IMG/VR virus record: IMGVR_UViG_3300033463_000005
Coordinates: 1 to 64,000 of that record
Reading direction: 5' to 3' (one strand)
Length of the DNA stretch: 64,000 nt
From: a virus
Taxonomy: Duplodnaviria > Caudoviricetes
Each line of letters opens with the position of its first letter. Position 1 is the first letter of the stretch. This document shows positions 30,595 to 40,811 of the stretch, in pieces. The notes below the pieces were generated by a model, which was given only the letters and a program-made list of their open reading frames with translations, ran no database searches and was not told the DNA's origin. The position numbers and the translations under genes are program-made.

Positions 30595-32964
30595 ATGCCC
30601 ACAAAAACACAATCGAGAGAAGAAATTCTGATTCATGGTTTGATGAATGATGTAACCGGTGGTGATCTGGTTATGTCGAAGGATGAGTTGCAAGAAACAA
30701 TTTCCGAAATTCTGAAACGATATAATCTGTCGACCGATATGTCATTCATTGAAAAAGTTGCAACCATGAAATTTCCAAATTCCAATGAAACATTGTCACT
30801 GGATTTGTTGCCAAAGGAATTGACGGATGCGGCATTCTTGCCAGTTACAACAATTGCAGATATCGCGTTACGTCAAGATTTGGATATGGTTGTATCCCAG
30901 ATTCCAGAATGGTATAACGCATTGGTTATTACCCGTGATGCAATCTGCGAATCAGATGTTGTGGATGGTACACTTGCGAGAACAATTGTGTTTGATAAAA
31001 CGAAACTGGATGATATTCAAGAACAGAATGTCATTAAGAAAGTTGAAGCAGTCGAAGAGAAATTGCATCTGCATTCTATTATCAAAAACCATGTTGTGTT
31101 CAATACACTCTTCTATGGTGAAGGTTATCTTTACGCAATTCCATACGCAAAAGTCTTTGAGGATTTGTACAAGTATCGTTTAAAGAACGATTCCAAACGT
31201 GATCCTCGGAATTCGGTTGCAAGTATGTTTGATACCACATCATCATCTTTGACCGGATATGGATACGGATATGGTGAAAGCACGGTTGAGGTATCATTGA
31301 AAGATACAATCGTACAAGAAACCGCGACAAATCAAAAGAAGTTAATATCATCCAAGAAGCAATCCGGTTTGTTCACAGAAGCAGAAATCATGGAAATCGT
31401 TCCAGGATATCATGCAAAAACATTGACTGAAGAAGATCCGGATAAGAAAGCGGATGCGAAACGGGATGATGAATTCGATGAGTATGTGTCAATGATTTCC
31501 AATAACATTCGATACATTCACGAAGATATCGCGCTTCCGGTTATCGAAGAATCCGCACATGATTTGAAAGCAGTATATGATGCAAAATATCATGACGCGG
31601 AATTTTATCAAGAATCGAAATCCGTATTTGAACATGTGATGGAGGCAGAAGGAGATTTTGAAACAGTCTCCAGAGAATTCAAGAATGTTCGCGGTGTGTA
31701 TCTGAAGATATTACCTGCAACAAAATTGATTCCGATTCGTATTGATCGTACTGTCATCGGATATTATTACGTATCGGATCTCACACGTCCAGAAGAAACT
31801 GGTGATCGTCGTAATTCAGGTTTATCCGGGTATACACTTCGTTCTCCATCGGTTGGATATGATACATATGCACCGGATAGAATGTTCTGTGAAAAGTTGG
31901 CATCAAAGATCATCAACAACTTTGATCTGAAATTTATGCGTGATAATGCGGGCTTACATCAGCAGATTGTTACAATCCTCGAAGCGCATAAATTCAATGA
32001 TGCTATTATGCGTTTCATTTATATTCCGGCAGAGCATGTTTGTCAATGTACAATCAATGAAGATGGTGCAGGTAAAGGTCATTCCATGTTGGAAGGCGGA
32101 TTGATTACAGCGAGAATGTATATGTTCTTGAAGCTGTATTCCATCTTATTCCAAATCAACAATTCTGCGATTCGTGTGTATCATTTGCGTTCGTCCGGTA
32201 TTGATAAGAATTACAAACAATTCGTTCAACAGACAATGCGCAAGTTTGCTGCACGTCGTGTTACCTCTAATGATATCTTCAATTATCGTTCATCGATGAC
32301 GAAAGTTTCTGGTGGATCGGAATTGATTATGCCAACTGGTGCAAACAATGAACCTGCACTGAGCATTGAAACAATACCTGCATCCGAAGCACCGCTCAGT
32401 ACGGATCTGTTGGACAATCTTCGTGCAGAAGCATTGAACTCGACTCCAGTTCCTGCAATCATGGTACAAAATGGTGGTGTTACTGAAATCGAATTCTCGA
32501 AGGAAACTGAATTGGCAAATACAAGATTCAATTCATTTATTGCTTCTTGTAAGATTGATTTCAATCGTGACATCACGAAGCTGTATCGAAAGATTCTTCG
32601 TTGGGAAACTGATATTGATCCGGATATTCTACATAGTTTGAAATTCATGTTCCGTATGTCAACTGCAAAAGAATTGTCTGTTACTGCAGAAAAGTTGAAT
32701 AACTTTGAAGCGTTGTTCAATATGGCGGTTCAAACATTCTTGACAGAAGATGAATCAAAACCGAATGGTGAAGAAAACATGACATCAAATGTTGTAAGAG
32801 AATTCCGGAAACAAATGATTGGTCGGTATCTACCAGAAATCGATATTGAGGATCTGGAAGACTTGGCAAATCTTGCACGTATTGAAGCCAACAAAGAAAC
32901 GTTGGGTGAAACTCCTCCAGAAGAGAATCTCGCAAATGCAGATAGTATTCCAGAGGAGGCTTGA
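30595..32964 (+). CDS. Portal protein
   Basis: 789 aa; TLFYGEGY, LIPIRID..VIGYYY, STPVPA and ELANTRF are typical of jumbo-phage (T4 gp20-fold) portals. Confidence 0.75.
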   Translation: MPTKTQSREEILIHGLMNDVTGGDLVMSKDELQETISEILKRYNLSTDMSFIEKVATMKFPNSNETLSLDLLPKELTDAAFLPVTTIADIALRQDLDMVVSQIPEWYNALVITRDAICESDVVDGTLARTIVFDKTKLDDIQEQNVIKKVEAVEEKLHLHSIIKNHVVFNTLFYGEGYLYAIPYAKVFEDLYKYRLKNDSKRDPRNSVASMFDTTSSSLTGYGYGYGESTVEVSLKDTIVQETATNQKKLISSKKQSGLFTEAEIMEIVPGYHAKTLTEEDPDKKADAKRDDEFDEYVSMISNNIRYIHEDIALPVIEESAHDLKAVYDAKYHDAEFYQESKSVFEHVMEAEGDFETVSREFKNVRGVYLKILPATKLIPIRIDRTVIGYYYVSDLTRPEETGDRRNSGLSGYTLRSPSVGYDTYAPDRMFCEKLASKIINNFDLKFMRDNAGLHQQIVTILEAHKFNDAIMRFIYIPAEHVCQCTINEDGAGKGHSMLEGGLITARMYMFLKLYSILFQINNSAIRVYHLRSSGIDKNYKQFVQQTMRKFAARRVTSNDIFNYRSSMTKVSGGSELIMPTGANNEPALSIETIPASEAPLSTDLLDNLRAEALNSTPVPAIMVQNGGVTEIEFSKETELANTRFNSFIASCKIDFNRDITKLYRKILRWETDIDPDILHSLKFMFRMSTAKELSVTAEKLNNFEALFNMAVQTFLTEDESKPNGEENMTSNVVREFRKQMIGRYLPEIDIEDLEDLANLARIEANKETLGETPPEENLANADSIPEEA

Positions 32965-32969
32965 TGTGA

Positions 32970-33340
32970 ATGAAAATTGAAAAAACGACAACCGGTGTGA
33001 TTATCCGTGAGCCAAATGATATGGTAAAACGGAAATGTTTGGCTTATTTTTCATTAGACAAACCTCTTCGTGAATTTTTTATCTACACAGGTAATGATCC
33101 GGATAACCATGGATGGTTTGGTGGTGAACGTGATGTTATTTACATCACTTCAGGATTCTTATCGTTATCTGATCCGGACATTCATAAGTTGAAAGTGGAT
33201 TCCGTAAAACCAATTCCAACTCCAAAAAAGATCGAGTTGAAAATGAACCGAGAACCCCGTTCCGATTTACAACGTGATTGCATTCAAAAAGTAACAACAT
33301 CGAATACAAATAAAATCACAATGGAACTAAAGCCTGGTGT
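32970..33340 (+). CDS. SF2 (UvsW-like) helicase, exon 1
   Basis: PRSDLQ Q-motif; splicing restores Walker A ELKPG-V-GKT; 481-aa product. Confidence 0.88.
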
Positions 33341-33667
33341 TGAACTTTACCGGCACCCGCGTACGGTGACGTGCGTGAAAAATACACCCCATTGAATTGC
33401 TGGGACGATAACTCTAATGCTCACAATGCTACAACGTAACGATGAAATATGCGTAAGCGTGAATGCGACGAAAGTAGAAAGAAATTGTGAGATGATGCAT
33501 GGTTAAATCCTAAACATCACAAGAATGAGCAATCAGCAGCGAAGCCTTGAATAGAGGAACGTTCGTCGGTCATTCTGTGTTTAACAGATTAGGAGTTTCA
33601 TTAGCTCCGAAGCGGTGGGCATCTCATATATATGAGATGATGATATGACCAAGCGGGTTGAACGCCG
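33341..33667 (+). mobile_element. Group I intron without ORF (327 nt)
   Basis: P1 GGUGU/GCACC with the U.G pair at 33340; P10 UUUACCG/UGGUAAA; AATTGCTGGGA and AATCAGCAG core; P7 GGTCA/TGACC; terminal G 33667. Confidence 0.9.
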
Positions 33668-34742
33668 TGGTAAAACGTTCATTGCATTATATTCCGCATC
33701 AAAGTTGGGATTGAAACCATTGATTGTTGCACCAACATCATTATTGAAAAACCAATGGATTGAGAATATCGTTGAACTTGGTATTGATAAGAATGATATT
33801 GCAACAAAGATATGGGATGCACCCGATAAGAAAGTTTGTGTTGTAACAATTTCCTCATTGGAATTGGCAATCCGTGATGATTGGAATCGGTTATTGAAAA
33901 CATTGGATAATTCCGGATTTGGTATCAAAGTTATCGATGAAGCGCATCTTCATTTGAAAGGTATGCTGAAATTTGATGCTTTGTGTAATATCAAACACAA
34001 CTGGTATCTGTCCGCAACACTTGGAAGATCTGATGCAAAAGAGGATCGTATTTTAAATCGTGCTTTAAAAGATGCGGAACGATTCGTTGGAAATTCATCG
34101 TATGAAGAATATCAAAATGAATATGTCCAAGTATATTTCCAAGATATCTACTATTTCCCGTCATCCAGTTTATGTAAAAAATATTTCAAATATGGATCAA
34201 AGGGATTAATCAGAGCTTCTTATTATAAGATGCTTTTGAATTATCGCGGTGGAGATGCATTCATACGAAATCTGATTACGTTGATGAAACGCACAAAAGA
34301 ACTGTTGAATTATGATGCAAAGATTCTGTTGCTGGTTCCGTTGATTGACATTTTGAAACGGCTGTATGATGTTATGAAACGTGATCCATATTTCAGCAGA
34401 TACAAATTTGCAATCATTGAGGGTCATCTGACATTGTCGGAAAGACGTGAAGCAATGGAATCGGATTTCATTCTGTCAACATCTCTATCGATGGGAACTG
34501 GTGTCGATGTTTCAAATCTTGGTGCTGTGATCAATTTTGACCAATATGCATCACCGATTATTACGGAGCAGATCTTTGGTCGACTTAGAGATCGAGGAAA
34601 GGAAACATACTACATCGACGTTTGTGATCATGTCCGGCAAGCACGCGTGATTGCAAACTGGGGTGAACGCAGAAGAATCTTGATTCCATATTTCCCGGGT
34701 GCAAAACAAACGATCAAAAAGTTTTCACGCATTATATGCTAA
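33668..34742 (+). CDS. SF2 helicase, exon 2
   Basis: GKT, IVAPT, IDEAH, LSAT, GTGVD and EQIFGRLR. Confidence 0.9.
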
Positions 34743-34753
34743 AACATGAAAGT

Positions 34754-34966
34754 AATCCGGAATGTGTTTCGAATCGTTACACCACGTGAATCTTCTCTCG
34801 AAAGATTGGTTACCTGACCCAATCTTTGGTTCACGCAAAATGTTGAGATTCCATCATATGCGAGTCATGATGGGTGTGTTCCTCCGAACCTCCGAGCACA
34901 ATGCCATTCTCGATTAACAACATTCCGGATTTTAGGGTTGTAAGTGTGGGGCTTCGGCCCCACACT
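34754..34966 (+). ncRNA. Candidate structured small RNA A (multibranch, anti-SD loop)
   Basis: AACA-N6-TA promoter puts +1 at 34754, the first base of a 12-bp closing stem (34754-65/34920-31); several inner stems; terminator 34943-66; no credible ORF. Confidence 0.7.
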
Positions 34967-35077
34967 GTATCCTATTATTCTGACTTTTCATATATATATT
35001 ATTAATATGAAGAGAGAATAAATTACTCTCTTTACAAAATTTTTACTGGTCTCTATGAGACCGGAAAGGAGAAAACA

Positions 35078-35413
35078 ATGTTTGTAGTAATATTAAAAGT
35101 TAGGCGGATGACCACAGAAAATGATGAGGTTGTCCTTGACGAAAGATCAGAGAGAGTAATCTCTCTGAGAGCCGATTTGGCTTCCGCAATTGTGGATGCC
35201 AAAAAAGCATCCGACAGTATATGGCTGTCCACATGCCTACTTGAGTATGAAACGACCATGGAATGCGAGCTTGGTGGGCGGTTGAACAACACATGGTGTT
35301 CGCCCGGCGAAAATCCCACAGAATTCGGTGGATATATAGACGATGGCGTCAACCACTTCAATTGGACGACCATTGTTGAGGAAGGTGACTTTTGGGAAGC
35401 AGAAGAATCTTGA
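35078..35413 (+). CDS. Acidic hypothetical early protein
   Basis: GAAAGGAG RBS; early-type promoter at 34995. Confidence 0.75.
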   Translation: MFVVILKVRRMTTENDEVVLDERSERVISLRADLASAIVDAKKASDSIWLSTCLLEYETTMECELGGRLNNTWCSPGENPTEFGGYIDDGVNHFNWTTIVEEGDFWEAEES

Positions 35414-35470
35414 TTCCATTCTTCTGCTTCCCAGGAAATAACGATCAATCGGAACCGGATTGAAAGGGGT

Positions 35471-35857
35471 ATGTATATGAAACGATATATTTGCAATGTA
35501 GATATTGGGCATCACATTTATACCGAGCTCGGAGTTCTTTGGATATGTGGAGAAAATGGACTCTTCGTCACCTATGACGAAAATATTACGATATCGTGGC
35601 GGTATGATAATGGCCGTGCAACCGGTCCACGGTTGGAAACAGATGCCATTAGAAGAGCAGCCGAGAGAGTCTCGGCTGCGGCAAATGCTGGTGAGCTCAC
35701 AGAGAAGCACATTGCGGATCTCGTATCCGCAATGATCACGGGCAAATATGATATGACGGAGGATGAGAGATATATCCTCCGGGCAAAGCGCGGTTATTAC
35801 CGTGCCAGAACTGGTGAACTTGTAAAGGTTCACCAGAGGAAGAGAAGGGGCGCTTAA
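35471..35857 (+). CDS. Hypothetical early protein with basic C-terminus
   Basis: GAAAGGGG RBS; C-terminal RGYYRARTGELVKVHQ resembles short nucleic-acid-binding beta-hairpin motifs. Confidence 0.75.
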   Translation: MYMKRYICNVDIGHHIYTELGVLWICGENGLFVTYDENITISWRYDNGRATGPRLETDAIRRAAERVSAAANAGELTEKHIADLVSAMITGKYDMTEDERYILRAKRGYYRARTGELVKVHQRKRRGA

Positions 35858-35880
35858 TGCGCCCCACTCTTTTTTTTTGT

Positions 35881-38016
35881 TTAAAATGTCTGATTGACGT
35901 CATAGAAGAATGATAGATCAGATACAGAAACCTGCTGATCCAATTCTGATTTTTTTGCAATACCAGCGTATTGATTTCTTTGATATCCATATTCGTCGCG
36001 ATCATTTTGACCAATCACATGCATTGGGTCTTGAGATGTTAAATCACGCAGCATTTGATTTTCAAATGCATACGGATTTGCATATGGAATCATATTGTTG
36101 ATTTGTTCGACTTCTAATTCCCGGTCATATTCTTTGACAACTTGTTTTGCATTTTTAAATACACATAATGTTTTGTCAATGTTAAACCGTTCAATTTTGT
36201 ATCCATAATAGAAAACATATAGCACATGGTTGTATGCCATGACCATGTCATCATGGAAACCGGTTGCTGCTTCAACTTTTCCATTTTTAGCACGGACGAG
36301 ATTCGTAATATCCCGTGCAAGATATCTTGTGCACAGCAGATGCGTATAATCTTTCACATGAAGCTTCAATAAGTCGAACATATTCTTTCTGATTTGTGGT
36401 GTGACGTATGTTCCAATATATCCTTTTTCTTTTGCTTTCCGTTTCATTGTCATTTCCGGAGTTTCGTATTCTGTAACATTCTTTGCCATATCCAATTTTG
36501 GATCATGATAGAAGCGATGTTCCAGATGTGATTCCTGAATGAAATCGACAATCGCTTTACCAATGGAATTTGTTTCAACACAGAATACACCGGATGGACA
36601 TAGTTTTGCAATGTCCGTAATGATACGCATCAGATCCATCACACCGATATATGGTGAAATCAATTCACCAACGACTTCAAATGTATATGGATGCACAATG
36701 CAGATCGCGGTATTATCTCCATCACCACCAGCAGCAACGTCGATTCCGATTAGATACGGGATTGTGATATCGAAATACGGTGTATCGGAATTTAAATCGG
36801 TTACTTGTACTTGATGTTTGTATACATATAAGAAGAATTTCTTTCTTAAGAAGATTTCATAATCTGGCTGTTTTGTATTTTGTACAATGTAATCAATGTC
36901 TTTTTGTTCAAACAATACGCTGCCAGAACCACGGTATCTTTGTAACAAAACACCGCGTCGATACTCGTCTGTTTTACCAAGATTTACAACCAATTCTTGA
37001 TGTTGTTGACGTAACCATTTATCATCTTTGCGTAGTTGTTTATAATTGAATTCTATATAGAAACCTGTAATCGGTTTACGAACTTCACCATTATCCAAAA
37101 CAACTTCATCGAACAATGCTTTCAATTCGTCTTCTGTCAAATCATATAACTTTTCACTGAATGTTGGAGTTGCTTCAATCATTCGTAATGCATCACGACC
37201 TTCATCGGTTTCCAAATCTCCAGGTGTAGAATACATCATGATGCATGTTCTACCACCGACAGCACGAATGATATTACGTGCAGATGTAATAGCTGGTGCG
37301 CCGCCTTCCATAACATCTGCGAAGTGTGGAATATATTCATACTCATCGAATGCACCTGCTGCGGAAGTCGCACCACGTAATGCATCGCGAGCTTTTTCTT
37401 TGGAATCAGATTGTGCCAATACAGCAAGTTTTGTTTTATGTGCATCATATATCAATGACTTTGGTCCAGGCGGTTTTGTTTTTTCATACCATGGATTCAG
37501 ATATGAAGGTAATGCATAAACATAATCACGGAATAATGTTGCATTCTGTAAACAGCGTTCCAATTTCAAATGCATCATTGGAATTGTTGCATTCTGATAT
37601 TCGAACAGCATCATGTATTCCAGGATAATGGTACACCATGTCGTCTTGTGTGTCTGACGCGGTTGACATAGTTTGAAATCAAAACTGTGAATGAAGCACC
37701 AGCATATTGCCAATGATGCTCGTGTCAATATTGGTGGGACATTACCAGCACCGATGACGGGAACACGTGCAATCTCTCGAAAAAAGAACCATGGATTCTT
37801 TTTACATTCCACAACAATTCTTCCAATTTCTTCGGCTTTGATATCACTTTTATATGGATCGATATCCTGAACGTTTAAATTCGGATATGCGACTTCTAAC
37901 ATGAAATACCAATTCTTGATACCAAGTGTTTTTAATTCTTGAGCAGTTGTTAAGAATGATGCGTTCTTTGTTCCAAAGTCGTAAAACTTATTTCCAATCT
38001 TAACAATTTTACTCAT
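35881..38016 (-). CDS. terL: Terminase large subunit
   Basis: NPWFFFREI, QPRQTHKT Walker A, FDEYEY Walker B, STPG, IGIDVAAG and HDDMVMAY nuclease motifs. Confidence 0.92.
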   Translation of the reverse strand: MSKIVKIGNKFYDFGTKNASFLTTAQELKTLGIKNWYFMLEVAYPNLNVQDIDPYKSDIKAEEIGRIVVECKKNPWFFFREIARVPVIGAGNVPPILTRASLAICWCFIHSFDFKLCQPRQTHKTTWCTIILEYMMLFEYQNATIPMMHLKLERCLQNATLFRDYVYALPSYLNPWYEKTKPPGPKSLIYDAHKTKLAVLAQSDSKEKARDALRGATSAAGAFDEYEYIPHFADVMEGGAPAITSARNIIRAVGGRTCIMMYSTPGDLETDEGRDALRMIEATPTFSEKLYDLTEDELKALFDEVVLDNGEVRKPITGFYIEFNYKQLRKDDKWLRQQHQELVVNLGKTDEYRRGVLLQRYRGSGSVLFEQKDIDYIVQNTKQPDYEIFLRKKFFLYVYKHQVQVTDLNSDTPYFDITIPYLIGIDVAAGGDGDNTAICIVHPYTFEVVGELISPYIGVMDLMRIITDIAKLCPSGVFCVETNSIGKAIVDFIQESHLEHRFYHDPKLDMAKNVTEYETPEMTMKRKAKEKGYIGTYVTPQIRKNMFDLLKLHVKDYTHLLCTRYLARDITNLVRAKNGKVEAATGFHDDMVMAYNHVLYVFYYGYKIERFNIDKTLCVFKNAKQVVKEYDRELEVEQINNMIPYANPYAFENQMLRDLTSQDPMHVIGQNDRDEYGYQRNQYAGIAKKSELDQQVSVSDLSFFYDVNQTF

Positions 38017-38149
38017 ATCATACACCTCCTCGTGTGATGTGATTTATAATCGATGTTTGATGGCATATTGATAAACATGACGTTTTGTATAACAAAAAAA
38101 TATGCGGGTATTGTGTGTGAATACCCGCATACAAAATAGATGTCCGTGA

Positions 38150-38335
38150 TTATTCTTTACAGAATGGATCCGATGACATCGATAATTGATGTATATGTTG
38201 CAACAGTTGGGTGTTGTCATCTGTCAGAATATGACAGACGGTTTTTAACATAACATCAATGCTTTTGTTTCTGGTTGGACATGCGATCTGAATGGGTTCA
38301 AATTCAGATCGCCCAACCACCATCGATTGACTCAT
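38150..38335 (-). CDS. 61-aa ORF in a highly structured early transcript
   Basis: Own early-type promoter (38377), AAAGGTGG RBS and terminator (38101-38131). Confidence 0.5.
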   Translation of the reverse strand: MSQSMVVGRSEFEPIQIACPTRNKSIDVMLKTVCHILTDDNTQLLQHIHQLSMSSDPFCKE

Positions 38336-38448
38336 ATGATTCACCACCTTTCATGTGTGATTCATATGAATAATATATATAAATAAAAAATATAATATGG
38401 GGGCCATCGGCCCCCATATTTCAATTCATGTGCACGATCTGATATCCG

Positions 38449-40662
38449 TCAGGAGTATTGTTTTAATTGTTGCAGAATTGGTAAGAGTTGCGTGAATCGC
38501 TCATAGATGGATTCAATATAATCACGTGAGCATCCTTCAAACAGATTGGTTTCGTCGATCATTTTATAGAATTCTATCATGTCTACGAATGGATGTGATT
38601 CTTGATAATACATGAAATAGGAATGCATGATCAAGAAGAATCGAAGATCCGGAATGGATACATCGATTTTCACATTATTGATGTAAACAGGATACGTTTT
38701 ATCAACCGCGCCAATTGTTGAAAATCCAAAGATGTCTGGACGTAATTTGATACCCATAAATTTGAGCGTATTCTTCAGGTTATCCAATTGTGGGAATTGA
38801 TTGTACTTCGACAGATCAACACCCATATCATTCAGCTGCGACATCAGAATGGAATTCTCTTCATATTGTGATCCACGGAAATATGTTGTGATTTTTGAGA
38901 AATCCCGAACACCAACTCCAGCGAGGAAATTGTATGTGTCATATTCACCAAATTTCACGGGGTTATCGGAATAATGACGGAGATTCTTATTGAACTGATG
39001 TGTCTTAACAGGTTGATCATAAAGCGTTGTACGACCAGTCGAAACTGCGGCCAATGATTTAGAAGGCTCCTGCTTTAACACCCAAGTATACTGGAATCCG
39101 ACTGGATATTTATCATCCAATTTGACCCAACGTTTATGAAGCTTTGTGAATACATTATAATGCTTCATAATATCCGGGTATTTATCATATGCTTCCAGAA
39201 TTGCGTCACGAATGCAAACTTCATTAAACGGTTTGATTTGAATAATGTTTCCATTTGTCAGAATGTCATTGATGACAGCATTCGGATTCTCGGCATATAA
39301 CCGGCGAATTTCATCCGCTTGTTGTGGATTGAAGATTCCGACGAAGTCAGAAGTAATCTTCACAATGTCATCATTGGAAGCACCGTCATGATGCATTTTT
39401 GCAATATGTTGATTCATGCGATCCATCATGAACGTCATGGAACCTTCGTATGTTGCGAATGCAATGATACGGTTTGGAACCGCCAACGCATTTGCTAACA
39501 TATGAATCGGTCTACCATCATCCGTTCTCGGCATATCTTCCGTCGGAATGATTTTGGAAATAACGGATTTGTTTCCGTAACGTCCAACGACTTTCTGACC
39601 AACGGCAATCTTCATGGGTTGTAACATCGTGAATTTGATAATGGTATCCGCAATGTATTCCTTTGTAACCCATGTTGAATGATTCAAATACTTTTCTGCT
39701 TGATGGTAGATATCCAGCAGCGAAGTATCATCTTGAAATTTATCATCAAGCAATGCGGAAATATATGCATAGATGTCAGAATACCATTGACGAATTTGTG
39801 TCAGATACATGTTGAATTGCTCGTTCTCAACATCAACATTTGAAAAGATATCAATATCTACAACAGTTCCATGTGAGAAGTAATTCGTGTCATTGATATG
39901 TGGGATGGATGCTTCTGCAAATGTTGATACATATGAATTCTCACGAATGGAGCATAAGATGTTATCCTGCACCTCTTCACCAATATTCGGAAATGGTTTG
40001 TATTCTCCGTCTCTGCCATAACGGTTCAACAGGAATGATTTCTTTGACACATTTACTGTGACAATGTCAACCATATCATATTCCAATGCTTTTGCGGCAT
40101 CCGAAGAAATGATCAACGAATCTTCTGTTAATTGTGGAAGAACCGCATATGCCATTCGAAGATTCACACCAGCACAGTAATTGTCATTTACATATGAAGA
40201 TGATTGTGCAATTGCAGCGCCCTTCTTCAACACATCTCCTTCACGAATCTGTTGAATGTAATTCTTCATTCTGAATCCATATTTCTCAACAAGATTCACG
40301 GCCGGTTTATAAATCTTACAAATGTATTTTCCCGTCGCTAAATTCTGAAAGATGTATGCAATTGGAGAAAATGGTGCATTTGGGAATTTTACAAACTTTT
40401 TCATCAATTTGTAATCGTCAGTTGCACGGACATTCCATGATGAACGTTTTCCAAATTCATTTTCTGCACCGGAGAAAATCATAGGGAATTCCGGATTCCG
40501 CAGAACCAATCTCTGTGACACATGCTTCACCATCATTCCACCACGTGTTGTAGAGATCTTTTCAGGAAATCCCATTGCAGACATTCCAGTTAGTGACAAC
40601 GGATCGACATCAGCACATCTCCGATCGATATCCGATGCATTATTCATAACTTGTTTCGGCAT
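38449..40662 (-). CDS. rpoB: RNA polymerase beta subunit, C-terminal part (probably non-virion RNAP)
   Basis: EDSLIIS, GQKVVGRYGNKSVIS, MPRTDDG, NALAVPNR, VKFGEYD; the early-type promoter suggests nvRNAP. Confidence 0.9.
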   Translation of the reverse strand: MPKQVMNNASDIDRRCADVDPLSLTGMSAMGFPEKISTTRGGMMVKHVSQRLVLRNPEFPMIFSGAENEFGKRSSWNVRATDDYKLMKKFVKFPNAPFSPIAYIFQNLATGKYICKIYKPAVNLVEKYGFRMKNYIQQIREGDVLKKGAAIAQSSSYVNDNYCAGVNLRMAYAVLPQLTEDSLIISSDAAKALEYDMVDIVTVNVSKKSFLLNRYGRDGEYKPFPNIGEEVQDNILCSIRENSYVSTFAEASIPHINDTNYFSHGTVVDIDIFSNVDVENEQFNMYLTQIRQWYSDIYAYISALLDDKFQDDTSLLDIYHQAEKYLNHSTWVTKEYIADTIIKFTMLQPMKIAVGQKVVGRYGNKSVISKIIPTEDMPRTDDGRPIHMLANALAVPNRIIAFATYEGSMTFMMDRMNQHIAKMHHDGASNDDIVKITSDFVGIFNPQQADEIRRLYAENPNAVINDILTNGNIIQIKPFNEVCIRDAILEAYDKYPDIMKHYNVFTKLHKRWVKLDDKYPVGFQYTWVLKQEPSKSLAAVSTGRTTLYDQPVKTHQFNKNLRHYSDNPVKFGEYDTYNFLAGVGVRDFSKITTYFRGSQYEENSILMSQLNDMGVDLSKYNQFPQLDNLKNTLKFMGIKLRPDIFGFSTIGAVDKTYPVYINNVKIDVSIPDLRFFLIMHSYFMYYQESHPFVDMIEFYKMIDETNLFEGCSRDYIESIYERFTQLLPILQQLKQYS

Positions 40663-40811
40663 AATAGATACTCCCTTCCGTAACATAAATTGTATTTGTT
40701 AGTTACAATGCTTATGATATTAAACACAATCATTGTACATACACGGAAATCATATACATGCCAAAATAAAATTAATATATGTGGGGGCATATGCCCCCAC
40801 ATATATTACCA

